Assembly: GCA_030704615.1 (NCBI GenBank)
Contig: CM060732.1
Coordinates: 25,668,001 to 25,732,000, forward strand
Reading direction: 5' to 3'
Length of the DNA: 64,000 bases
Source: Takakia lepidozioides
Taxonomy: Eukaryota; Plantae; Bryophyta
In this document: one piece after another, positions 39,620 to 51,027 of the stretch
Layout of the letters: each line of letters opens with the position of its first letter
Position numbering within the stretch: position 1 is the stretch's first letter
Translations under genes and position numbers: made by a program
The notes under the pieces: generated by a model
The model's database searches: none
What the model was told of the DNA's origin: nothing
What the model saw: the letters and a program-made list of their open reading frames with translations, nothing else

Positions 39620-40550
39620 CTGCCAATGTGACAATAGGAAAGTATTAGAAACAGGTAACACGGACGAGGAGAAGTTGTGGAATGAATACTTTTCTGACCC
39701 CTGTCAATGGTGGGACAATCGAGGCAAGAAGGTGAATGTTTGTTGGATTATAGAGAGTAGCAGATGCAATTGAGCGTAGGAACTAGTGTGATAAGTTGAG
39801 TTGGGTGCTTCCTAGAACAAGTCTAGGCTGTCATCGTCAACTACTAGCAACAAGGCAAGGTTGTATGCATGATTTGTGCGAGGCATGGATAGCTGAAGGA
39901 GCAGGGATAGAGTGTGGGTGCAGATTCACCCAAGAGGGCCGGACTTCAAGCTCCAGATTAAGTATGCAGCTACAAGAAACCTGCATGGGTAGGTGGTCAA
40001 CTGGCAGCAACGGCACAATTGATAAAATCAAACGTTGTTAATGAAAGCATCTTCTTCAGCACATTTCACCCTGTTTTTCCCTCTTATCAGAATCAGCCCA
40101 AAATTTCCATGTTGAATTCTGTAAGTTAACTGGTTGATTGAATCTAGTTTGAGTGACTTTGACATGATATTGTTATGTGACAATAGTAAATTATCAAAAA
40201 ACAAGTAACAGACATGAGGAGAAGCTGTGGAATGAATACTTTTCTGCCCCCAGTCAATGATGGGACAACCGAGGCAAAAAGGTGAATGTCTGTGCATTTC
40301 AGAGAGTAGCAGACGCAATTGAGCATAGGAACTAGTGTGATAAGCTGAGTTGGGTGTTTCCTAGCTGAACAAATCTAGGCTGTCATTGTTAGCTCCTAGC
40401 AGCAAGGCAAGGATGAATGCATGATTTGTGCAGGGGCATGGAGAGAGTGTGGGTCCAGATTCATCCTAGAGGGCCAAATTTCAAGCACAAGATTACCTAT
40501 GATTCCCTGTGGATCAATAACTACAAGAAACCTCCATGGGTAGATGGTCT
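39620..40550 (+). pseudogene. Two tandem OSB-type PDF-motif units with intron (a third, degenerate unit at ~38440-38710)
   Basis: EEKLWNEYFSDPCQWWDNRGKK|intron|IHPRGPNFKHKITYDSLWINNYKKPPWVD matches the WWDNR..K..P..PDFKHK...LW repeat of organellar ssDNA-binding proteins. Confidence 0.82.
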
Positions 40551-40559
40551 ATTCCGTGG

Positions 40560-40785
40560 AACTCACTGAAGTCTTGCATTATGAGGATCAGAACTGCTTG
40601 GCAGCTTACTTGCACGAGGCCTTGACCCTTAGGCAATCCCCAGAGCAGCAGTAGCTTTTGGGCTGCTTTTTTACTTTGTTTTTTTCATTTTGTCGGATGT
40701 CCCATAAGCTCTTTGAGCTTTCCGCAGATGTATTAAAGTACCTTTTTGTTTCATTTCATTCATTTTCATTTCATTTTGTTTCATG
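40560..40785 (+). mobile_element. 3' fragment of LINE family B with (catt(t))n tail
   Basis: cattatgaggatcagaa...cagcttac...aaagtacc homologous to 61860-62062. Confidence 0.75.
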
Positions 40786-42720
40786 GCATGTCTTTCATCG
40801 TTTGTGCATTTCTAATGCATGATTAGTTCTCTTGTATGGCATTACATGCGTATGTACTAGTCGACTCACTACAAACACCAAAACTTCAAAGCATGAATCA
40901 CTATGAATGATTGTTCAAGTAATTTCGAGCACTTCATTTAAAGTAGTAAAACAGTGGTTGCGCCAACTTCCGCAGTCGCAATTGCCACTGGGCATGTAGC
41001 ACTGCAAGTTATGTGGTCTAATACTATGTGGCAGCAATACTGCTCGTCGTGGCGCTGCCACGTTGGCGTCCACATCGTCGTCCACGTCCGCATCCATGTG
41101 TCACCGCACTCCGGTGAGTCGGTCCACTCATCCGGAGGGCAAAGTCAAAGTCAGCCCAAAAGGTCAGACACACGGGCGGCCCGCCTGGTTACGCCCCGTG
41201 GTTCTTCAGAATTAATTGCATTAATCGCTGAGCAGTTGTTTGCACGTCTGCGTCCTTTACCACTCCAATCATTGGATGTCCAACCCAACTACCATGTCTG
41301 TTGTAACTAGTCGTTTGTAACTTCCAGTCGATCCCAGTTTTTTTGACTTTTACGACTCAAAATGAGTCGTTACCCCAGTGGTAAATAACACGAATGCTTC
41401 TAGTATGTGCAGGGCAGGGCTACCATTAGTGCAAGTGGAGTCAGCTGCGGCAGTGACTTGAGGAGCAGCACGAGTTCCTGAACCACGGGGTGCGGAGGTG
41501 GAGTTGGATCCACAGCGTGGGGAGGCAAGCCGTTAGGCCAGGCTTCCTCAGTCATCCACATTGGCGGAGACAGTGTCGACGCCGTCCATGGCACCTAGTT
41601 CTCGCCCGACTGTTACCGAGGCGGAGGTTACTATGCCATTGGGGAGAGCTACACGGGCAGCACCACTACCTAGTGCTGCCAAGGCTACGGCAGCTAGTGT
41701 GCTGCTGGGGGCGGCCACATCTGTGTGCCAGGCTCCATTATTCTCGGCTACCATGATTGCGACGCCGAGGGTAAGACCAGCTGAGGTGTTCATGCTGGCA
41801 GCTGCACTCTGTGAGAGTGAGGAGGTTACTTCATCTTCTGCGAAGATAGTGGGAGGTGTAGTGCCGGAGGGATCCTCGGATTTGCGGGTCAAGACTACCA
41901 CGGCGGCGCCATGGCAAGCTGCAGCTGCCAGTTAGGCCAGCCATTGAGCGCGCCATGGTGACACCTGGAGCTGTCATGTTAGACAACCAAGATGACATTT
42001 TCTGTTTGAGTGGACCGACAGGCAAGAGGTACCGGCCACTGCGAGTCTTGTTGGACTCGGGAGCTTAGCCATTGATGCTGGGCAGAGCTGCTATTGTAGG
42101 CTTGGGCCTCACGGAGGCGGATATGGAACCGTGCCTTTTCTAGATACATACATCTCTGGGAAGATCAGAGCAGGCTCGGGGCATGACACGGCGTGAGTTG
42201 GTTATCAGACTGCAGCCGGATCATCCTACAGATGGCTCAGTGATGAGAGCCAAGGCCATTGTGACAGACGCGGTCTCGTACGATGTCTTTGTTGATGGGG
42301 CAGTGTTGTACCCCATGGGCTTTACCCTGGATTTTTGGGAGGAGTCAGACTGGATGGCAGTCAGGAGAGGGCCGGCGTGTGTAGCTCCTTGTGACATTCA
42401 TAGGAGGACTTACGGTTGCCCAGCGAGGCAAGATGCCGACACTGACAGCATTCACAGTTGCAGTTAGTTGGCCTGGAGAGTTGCTTGAGGGCAACGCTCA
42501 TTCAGAGGATGTGTCACCTCCGGGAGAGCAGGATGACATGTATGGTATGGCAGAGTTGTCTGCCATGGTTGCTCACACTCCATTGTGGGGCTCGAGCAAG
42601 GATTTGCAACGGGTTGCTGATTGTGGTGTGCAACAAACCTGGGTAGAGGCTTTTGTACCGTCAGGAGAGGAGGATAGTGCGGGGATTGCACCAGGACCAC
42701 CTCAGTTGTCACCATTGGAC

Positions 42721-43695
42721 ACCACACCGATTGTGTGGCAGTGTCTGGATGAAGGCATTTGCCTTCTAGACTTGTTTGGCGGGATCAGCACCGGATTGGC
42801 TGATGTGCTACAGGCAGGTATACGGGTACGGCGTTACTTGTATGTGGAGAGGGATGAGATTGCACGACGCGTCTCACTCCATTATGTTGCTCAGTTGGTG
42901 CAGCAGTACCCTGAGTTGTTGCCGGTGTCTGTGGTTCGTGGATATCAGCAGGCCTTGCCAGCAAATATCTCTTTGCTGGGGGCGCAGGATTTGGAGCGGG
43001 TTGGCTCCATTGATTTGGTATGGCAAGTTGGCCCTGCCAAGGGCATTTATCAGCCGGGCATGACAATGGATTGCGAGACTCGAGGTCGGGTATGTTTTGG
43101 GAGATGGTGCGGGTTTTGCGCCACTTACAGCTTCATCAAGCTGTATCTCCAACATATATCTTGGAGAATGTGCCACTGATGGGTGATTCTCGGGCCAGGG
43201 TGATGGCCAGTGTGCATCAAGTCCGATCGTGGCTTGGGTCAGCAGTGTTGCTGGATGCAGCTGCAGTGGGGTCACGGGCTCATCGTCCACGGTTATGGTG
43301 GACTAACTTGATGCCACCCGCACTGCTCAAGCGTGCATTTGATAGGGTGCAACGGCCAGTACACCTCATAGTGGATAGCATTTTGGACACATGGAGACAG
43401 TCTGAGCGTGTGAGACACGATGACCATTCACCTTTGGCAATGGTCAACAATGTGGGTCAACCATGAGCAGCACTACCTACACTGCTCAGCTTCCCATGAT
43501 CACATGCTTTCCCGGATAGTGGACCTGGCCTTCTGTGGGATGCTTAGTTGCAGCAGTTAGTTGAGCCTAATGCCGACGAGCGAGAGCGGGCTATGGGTTT
43601 TTTTTAATGGGACCACGGCGGTGCCTTCTCTTTCTGAGGCATCACATTGTCAGGTGTTGGGGCAAGCTATGGATCTCAATTGCTTGACCTGGTTA
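42721..43695 (+). pseudogene. Full-length DNMT3-like C5 cytosine methyltransferase domain within Gypsy pol
   Basis: I LDLFGGI; II YVERD; IV WPCQG; V DSRSGMF; VI ILENVP; VIII DAAAVGSRAHRPRLWWTNL; IX ERERAMGF; X QVLGQAMD; frameshifts near 43020 and 43600 and three stops. Confidence 0.92.
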
Positions 43696-44057
43696 CCAGT
43701 TTGGCTATGGCTGAGCAACGTAGAGTGCGAAGTGCACTTCCCTTGACGGTCTCTCTCCCTACCGAGACGGTACAGGCAGTGAGTGGGGGCAAGCTGGCGA
43801 GGACCATGGGGTGCAGACATCCATGGCACACGTGGGAGGTGCTCAAGGTTCAGAGGGAGTTGGCAGCCAAGGCGGCTGTGATGGATGAGGTTGGGGATTC
43901 TTCTCGGGTTGAGGAGGTCATCAAGGATGAGATGATGGGGCAGGATGAGGCGTTGTCATTGACTGAGCAGGCAGAGAGTACTGTTCAAGAGGTTGCGGCA
44001 TAGCAACCACGGGACGTGTCTCCTACCTCTAAGTCTGCTGGACTTAAGGTTGCAGTT

Positions 44058-44784
44058 TGTCGCGGCCCTTTGCCTTGAGGGCAGGGGGTCGGGACACATG
44101 AGGGGCTGCCCCTGTGGTGGGGGCAGCGGCAGCGATAGGTATGGGGGACTGAAGCACCCTTGAGTGCCCAAGGCACTCAGGGCAGCGGAGGCGCTCACTA
44201 GGTGGAGCCCCGCACACCGGGTTGCGGTGGGGGTGGCTCCACAAGGGGTGGTGGTAGCTTAGCGGGACTTAGTGGGGGTGGCATAGGACTCAGCATGGGG
44301 GCGGAGACCTCGTGGTGGGAGTCGTGGGGAGTCATGGGACTCATCACGGTCCATAGGGGCCGTGGTGAGTGGGCCAAGACTCACCGCGACTCATCACCGG
44401 GAGTCGAGGGTTTTCGTGGTGGTTCGCCATAAAATGGCATGGCTGGTTGTGAAACCCCCGCGGATAGCTACAGAAGTATATATAGGGAGTAGTAACCCCG
44501 AGAATGGTGCAAGCCCGTTGGTGATCAAAAACTAGTGAGTAAGCGAGCGAGCCGGAAAACGACCAAAGAGTGGGGAGCTGTTCCGGACTGCCAACTACCA
44601 AAGGGAATTCCCACTGGTTCCAAATCGGTGGAGGGTTCTTTGGGAGAACAAAGGGGGACCATTATGCCCCTGTGAGCAGCCGAAGCTCCAAGTTGGCCCG
44701 GCGGCCAGGTTGGGAGTCAGGCGCACGCATCAAAGCGAGTAACTATGACTTGAGGGGGAGCTTACCGAAGTGGGGTGCGCGACA
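44058..44784 (+). repeat. 5' LTR of chromovirus
   Basis: Direct repeat of 50308-51027; TATATAT at ~44477. Confidence 0.97.
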
Positions 44785-44786
44785 CT

Positions 44787-44799
44787 TGATATAAGAGCT
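44787..44799 (+). promoter_or_regulatory. Primer binding site, initiator tRNA-Met-like
   Basis: tgatataagagc versus TGGTATCAGAGC (2 mismatches), 2 nt after the LTR. Confidence 0.65.
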
Positions 44800-44839
44800 T
44801 AGAGTTCAGTACGCGATCGTCCTTAGGATTGGCCTCATC

Positions 44840-47800
44840 ATGGGGTCGGGCAAGCCGAAGCGAAAGCGGAACGGCCCAAAAGATGATGATCCTGGTGAGC
44901 CCGATGGGGGCGACGTGTCACCGAGGCGGCCGTTTGAGGAAGCGATGCATGTTTCCGAAAACGAGGCCGCTCAAGAGCGGGAGGAATCCGAGGAGTTGGA
45001 GCCCGAGGAATCCTTGAGAGCTCCGACAAACCAAGAGATGCCTCCCATGCCGGTAGTCTTTTGGGAAGGGTTGTTGGCGCAGTTTGGCGGGACGTTGAAA
45101 GACGTGTTGAAGGCGGCTAATGCCACTTCCACTAAGGCAAAGTTTAAGGTGAAGCCTAAGGAACCCGACACCTTCGAGGGCGTCCGAAATCGGAAGGCAC
45201 TCAACACCTGGCTCCTGGAGCTAGAGCAGTACTTCCGGGCGGCCAAGTTGAGTGACGAGGATCGGGTGGAAGTGGCTCCCACCTATTTGAGGGGCTATGC
45301 TCAACAATGGTGGCAGAAACGCCTTCACGACCGAGGTCCAAGCCCGGAAACCTTGAACTGGAGTGGGTTCAAGGAATTGATGAAGAGACAGTTTGTGCCC
45401 CTCAACACGTCCTGGCTTGCCCGGGACAGGATGAGGAATTTGAAGCAAACAGATGACATTCGGGGGTATGTCCAGGCTTTCAATGTGTTGTTGCTCGAAG
45501 TCGCGGACATGGCAGAACCAGAAATGGTCTTCAACTTTGTGGCGGGATTGGCCCCATGGGCCAGGCGGAAGTTGGAGGAGAAGCCACCCAAGACTTTGAA
45601 CGAGGCAATTGAGAGGGCTGAATGTTTCTCGGATGTCCCTAGGGGTGAGAGACAAGGCCGTACGGAGCTGAACCACAAGAAGACCCGACGGGAAGGTGAC
45701 TCCTTCCGACCAGAAAAGAAGTAGGATAGGCCACGCGGCGACAATGGCACGTGGAAATCGAAGGGAGGGCCTTCACACGTCAAGGCGGCACCCGGTGCTT
45801 CGAAAGGAAAAGCGGGTGGAGCGGCTTATGGCGGACAGAAGGCGACCTTTGATGGAGTGTGTTTCAATTGCGGGGAGCCCGGGCACATGGCCAAGAAGTG
45901 CACGAAACCTCGACAATTGAACATGACTCGGGCAATCACGGAGCTGTCGGAAGATACCATCAGTCGCTTGGTGGAAGCGGTGGTCGCCAGGACTTGCAAG
46001 GTAGGCAACTATTCTTGTGAGTTGTATCAGGAAACTGGTGCCCTGCGTAAAGGGAGTCAGTTATTGTTCGTGGATGGGATAATATCCGGAACTAACGTGT
46101 CGTTGTTGGTGGACACAGGAGCGTCGCACTCCTTCATGACACCGGCGGCGGCGCGAAAGTTGGGACTCCCGACAAGTGACGTGGGGGCCTCTATTGAGGT
46201 GCGTTCTGCCAAAGGAGAACCACAGTTGGCGACAAGGTTGGCGTTTGATGTTCCTCTTCAACTGGGGAGTTGGGAGGGACGTGAGAACTTCACCATCTGC
46301 GAGATCGATGGAGTGGATCTCATTTTGGGGATGACATTTTTGAGCAAATCCGGAGCGGTCATAGATGGCCGCAAGAGAGTAGTCACGCTACCATGTGGGA
46401 ATGGTGGCGAGGTCTTACGAGTGTCGGAAACGCCCAAATCCGTGGGAGGGCGAATAAACCTTCTGTCAGCAAGGAAGTGGGCCGTGGAGGAGGCACACGA
46501 GCCCCAGTTTTTGCTTTACATTAGAAAAGTGAAGGGAAAAGGCGATGGGGAGCCGAGCCCAGATTGGATCAAGAGGATTTTGGAGAAATACCAGGATGTG
46601 ATGCCGGAGGATTTACCAAGCGGCTTGCCACTGCGAAGAGGAGTTGACCACAAGATTGAGGTGATACCGGGATCGGAACCGCCTGCCAAGGCACCCTACC
46701 GGTTGAGCCACAGGGAGTTGGTCGAGCTGAAGACTCAGCTCAAGGATCTAATGTCAAAGGGGTACATCCGGCCGAGTAAGTCACCTTACGGAGCCCCGGT
46801 GCTATTCGCAGACAAAAAGGATGGGACGCTGCGGATGTGTGTCGATTACAAGGCTTTGAATAAGGTGACTATTAAAAACCGGTACCCTTTGCCAAGGATC
46901 GACGACCTTTTCGACCGGTTGGCAGGAGCGAAGTATTTTAGCCGGATCGACTTGCGCTCCGGCTATCATCAAATTCGAGTGGCGGAAGGAGATGAGGAGA
47001 AGACCGCGTGCAGGACAAGGTATGGTTCATATGAGTTCTTGGTGATGCCTTTTGGGCTCACCAATGCACCTGTGACCTTTAGCACGCTGATGAACAGCCT
47101 TTTTCAGGAGTGGTTGGATGACTTTGTGATCGTGTACATCGACGACATTTTGGTGTACTCGAAAACAAAGGAGGAGCACCTGGAGCACCTCAAAAGGGTG
47201 TTCCAAAAGTTGCAGGAAGGGAAGCTGTACGCCAAAGCTTCAAAGTACAAATTCGGGGTGACGAAAGTGGAGTTCTTGGGGCATGTGATTACACAGGATG
47301 GGATCAAAATGGATGACAGAAAGGTGAGGGCGATCTTGGACTGGGAGCCTCCGACTTCGGTCCCGGGAGTGCGATCCTTCCTAGGACTCGCCTCCTATTA
47401 CCGGAAGTATGTGAGAAATTTCGCCAAGATCGCGGGGCCGCTGTCGAACCTTCTGTGTAAATCCAAAGTCTGGGTATGAAACACATTTTGTGGCCAAGCT
47501 TTTGCTGAATTGAAGCAGCGGATGGCGGAAGCTCCAGTCTTGAAAATCCCGGAGTTCGATCGTCCATTTGAGATTCATACAGATGCGTCGGACTTCGCGA
47601 TTGGGGGTGTACTTATGCAAGATGGACGTCCAGTGGCTTACGAAAGTAAGAAACTGAATGAAGTGGAGCGACGGTGGCCGACGCACGAAAAAGAGATGAA
47701 GGCGGTGGTGCATTGCCTTGAGCTTTGGCGCCACTATGTTGGTTCCAACCCAGTGAAGGTGTTCACGGACAATGTCACAGTGAAGTATTTTGCCACGCAG

Positions 47801-49402
47801 CCCAAGTTGTCCCCAAAACAACTTAGGTGGCAAGATACTTTGGCGGTGTTCGACGTGGATATCCAGTACAAACCGGGACGGGACAATGTGGTGGCCGATG
47901 CTTTAAGTAGAAAGCAGCAGCTCATGTTGGTGTACAGGGGCGAGACAGCGCTCCCAAGGAAGATCCGGAAGGCTTGCCGGAAGGATGAGCTGGCGAAGTC
48001 CGTGATGCAAGACTTGAGGATGGGGGTTAAATCGCAGTTCCACTTGCAAAATGGACTACTCCGGTATAAGCAAAAGCGCCTCTACGTGCCGAAGGGAGGG
48101 ATCAGAGATAGTCTCTTGAGAGAATGCCATGATGGTCCGCTTGCGGGCCACGGCGGAGCCAAGCGCACCGTGGCACTCTTGAAGAAAGAGTATTTCTGGC
48201 CCAAACTCAGGGAGGAGGCAGAGGAGTATGTCAAGACATGCACGAAATGCCAACAAAACCAGAGCGAGTACAAAAAGCAAGCGGGGCTGTTACAGCCCTT
48301 GCCGATTCCAGAGGGGACTTGGGAAAGCGTCTCGATGGATTTCATGACTGCTATGCCGCTGTCAAAAGGATTCGATGCAATCATGGTGGTGGTGGATAGG
48401 TTCAGTAAAATGGGCCATTTCATCCCCACCAAGGAGACGGCAACGGCGCAGGAGACAGGACGACTTTACTTTGCCAACGTCTTAAAGCATCATGGAGTTC
48501 CGAAGGATATTGTCTCGGACCGCGATCCAAAGTTTACAAGTAAATTTTGGAGGACACTTTGGAAGAAGATGGGGACGAGGCTGAAGATGAGCACCGCCTT
48601 CCGACCTACGACCGATGGCCAAACGGAAAGAGTGAATTCCGTCGTGAAGCAGATCTTGCGGAATTACGAGTCGACAGACCAATCAGACTGGGTGGAACAC
48701 TTAGACGCGGTAGAGTTCTGTTATAATAACACAGAACACTCCGCAACGGGAGTTTCCCCTTTCGTATTGGTCTATGGAAAAGCACCTCTGGTGCCGACAA
48801 GTTGGGCCGCCCAGGACGTTGAGGAACCGGCAGTAGTGGCGGTATTGGAAGAACGCGAGCGTTTGTTGAAGCTCGCAAAGTACAATATTGCCAAAGCTAG
48901 GAAACGGTATGAAAGGCAGGCGAATCGGAAGCGGAGGGAAGTGAAGTTTGAGGCAGGCACGGAGGTCTGGTTGAACATCAAGAATTTCCGACTACCTCCG
49001 GAAGTGAGTCCAAAGTTCGTACCTCCGTATGCGGGACCCTTTCGCATCCGGAAGGTTATGAATGAGGATGTGTATGAATTGGAGCTGCCGGCAAACAGCA
49101 AGGTGCATCCAGTATTCTACGTCTCCCTTTTGAAGCCTTACTTCAAAGATGAAGCGCGTCTAAATCGGCATCAAGTGTTGCGTCCGCCACCTGTGCTATT
49201 GGATCATGAAATTGAACCTGAGTACGAGGTGGAGGCAGTACTTAAGTCGAGGAGGTTCAAAAACCGAGAAACGGAGTATCTCGTCAAATGGAAGGGCTAT
49301 CATCATGTGGAGGCATCTTGGGTGCGTGCCTCAGAAATGGGAAACGCATCCGAGGCGGTTGCAGTTTTCGAAGGGCGACCTCAAAAGCGGAAGAAGCGTT
49401 GA
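44840..49402 (+). pseudogene. Chromovirus gag-pol polyprotein in a single frame with two in-frame stops (45722-45724, 47477-47479)
   Basis: Gag, [22 protein letters not shown] protease, RT YIDD, RNase H TDASD, integrase, GPF, chromodomain EYEVEAVL...YLVKWKGY. Confidence 0.95.
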
Positions 49403-50307
49403 TGGGGACATCAACCTTGGAGCGTGGGGGAGGAAATGCATGCTTAGCCCAGCTTAGCTAGCTCAGGAATCCGATTGCAAAAACTTGTATTGTACAAAAT
49501 TTGCTTTAAATGAAATGGTTTTCAAATGTTGTGCTTCCTATTTTGTTTGGAATGATGATGCATGATATGGTTGGCTAGTGTGTAGAATGCATGCTAGCTT
49601 ACAAAAGTGGGAGAGGTAAATTGGGTTAATCGTGTGTTTGCACAGTGCTGAAATCGGGTGACTCCCATCCAAGGGGCAAAGAAACTTGCGCCTTCTTTGG
49701 GAGTTCACGTGCTAGTGCGCACCTGGCGCGTGCACGTACTATAACTGCGCTACCGAGGGGGTTGCCTTGTAGTGCGGGCTAACGCGGAAGCTACGTGCTT
49801 CCGTTCATGTACTATAATCGTGTAGCCTCGGGACGAAGTCGTAGTGCGGCTTCGGCGTGTTCCCGTACCTCAGGCCAGCATTCCAAGGCGGACCCAATTG
49901 TAATGATTGGGGCGCGCGGTTGGTTCAAGGTTATCTTTCTAGTCAAAGAGGGTTCGAGGTGAACCCTTGCTCAAGGCGATGCCCAAAGCGGCATCATGAG
50001 CGGTCGCAAGCAATGTTGTTGCAGTAAGGCGATTCGATCCTCGGGGAGGATCGTTCCTTGGCCTTGAAGTAGGCTAAGAAGAGTGCACTGGGAGGAGCTT
50101 GAGAGGCTCCACCCTTGGCCGGGACTTGGAGGAAGTCGGCCGAACTAGCTAGTGGAGAGTAGAGTCAAGTGTGGGGTTTGGTTCTTTGCCATGGGACGCC
50201 ATGGTACGGAAACAAACTCCTTGATGTGAGACGCCACAACTTGGATGTTCGTTTCTACAAAATGGAAAAGTCGATGAGGACATCGACTCCCTGTTGGTAG
50301 GGGTGTG

Positions 50308-51027
50308 TGTCGCGGCCCTTTGCCTTGAGGGCAGGGGGTCGGGACACATGAGGGGCTGCCCCTGTGGTGGGGGCAGCGGCAGCGATACGTATGGGGGGCT
50401 GAAGCACCCTTGAGTGCCCAAGGCACTCAGGGAAGCGGAGGCGCTCACTAGGTGGAGCCCCGCACACCGGGTTGCGGTGGGGGTGGCTCCACAAGGGGTG
50501 GTGGTAGCTTAGCGGGACTTAGTGGGGGTGGCATAGGACTCAGCATGGGGGCGGAGACCTCGTGGTGGGAGTCGTGGGGAGTCATGGGACTCATCACGGT
50601 CCATAGGGGCCGTGGTGAGTGGGCCAAGACTCACCGCGACTCATCACCGGGAGTCGAGGGTTTTCGTGGTGGTTCGCCATAAAATGGCATGGCTGGTTGT
50701 GAAACCCCCGCGGACAGCTACATAAGTATATATAGGGAGTAGTAACCCCGAGAACGGTGCAAGCCCGTTGGTGACCAAAAACTAGTGAGTAAGCGTGCGA
50801 GCCGGAAAGCGACCAAAGAGTGGGGAGCTGTTCCGGACTGCCAACTACCAAAGGGAATTCCCGCTGGTTCCAAATCGGTGGAGGGTTCTTTGGGAGAACA
50901 AAGGGGGACCGTTATGCCCCGGTGAGCAGCCGAAGCTCCAAGTTGGCCCAGGTTGGGAGTCAGGCACACGCATCAAAGCGAGTAACTATGACTTGAGGGG
51001 GAGCTTACCGAAGTGAGGTGCGCGACA
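50308..51027 (+). repeat. 3' LTR of chromovirus
   Basis: Direct repeat of 44058-44784. Confidence 0.97.

Larger units (their letters stand above)
36142..41405. mobile_element. Pack-CACTA element (non-autonomous, carrying gene fragments) inserted in gag of the DNMT-Gypsy
   Basis: TIR cactagaagcattc(a/g)tgt at both ends (right terminal base mutated); 3-bp TSD tgt 36139-36141 / 41406-41408; cagtcg/cgact subterminal repeats; no transposase seen. Confidence 0.9.
44058..51027 (+). mobile_element. Near-intact Ty3/Gypsy chromovirus
   Basis: LTRs 44058-44784 and 50308-51027 (TGTCGCG...CGCGACA; about 14 substitutions plus a 7-bp indel by eye); TSD cagtt/gagtt; degenerate iMet PBS; purine tract before the 3' LTR. 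Confidence 0.97.

Noticed and set aside
42721-43695. Bacterial restriction-modification contamination or a host DNMT3 gene
   Set aside because: Intronless, collinear with gag/protease/integrase in two copies and interrupted by plant TEs; no restriction enzyme or host regulatory domains
45722-45724. Programmed stop-codon readthrough between gag and pol
   Set aside because: The stop lies before the gag zinc knuckle and a second stop interrupts pol; simple nonsense mutations are more likely
49640-50000. Self-cleaving ribozyme or group II intron
   Set aside because: No hammerhead CUGANGA/GAAA core, twister consensus or domain V found by eye
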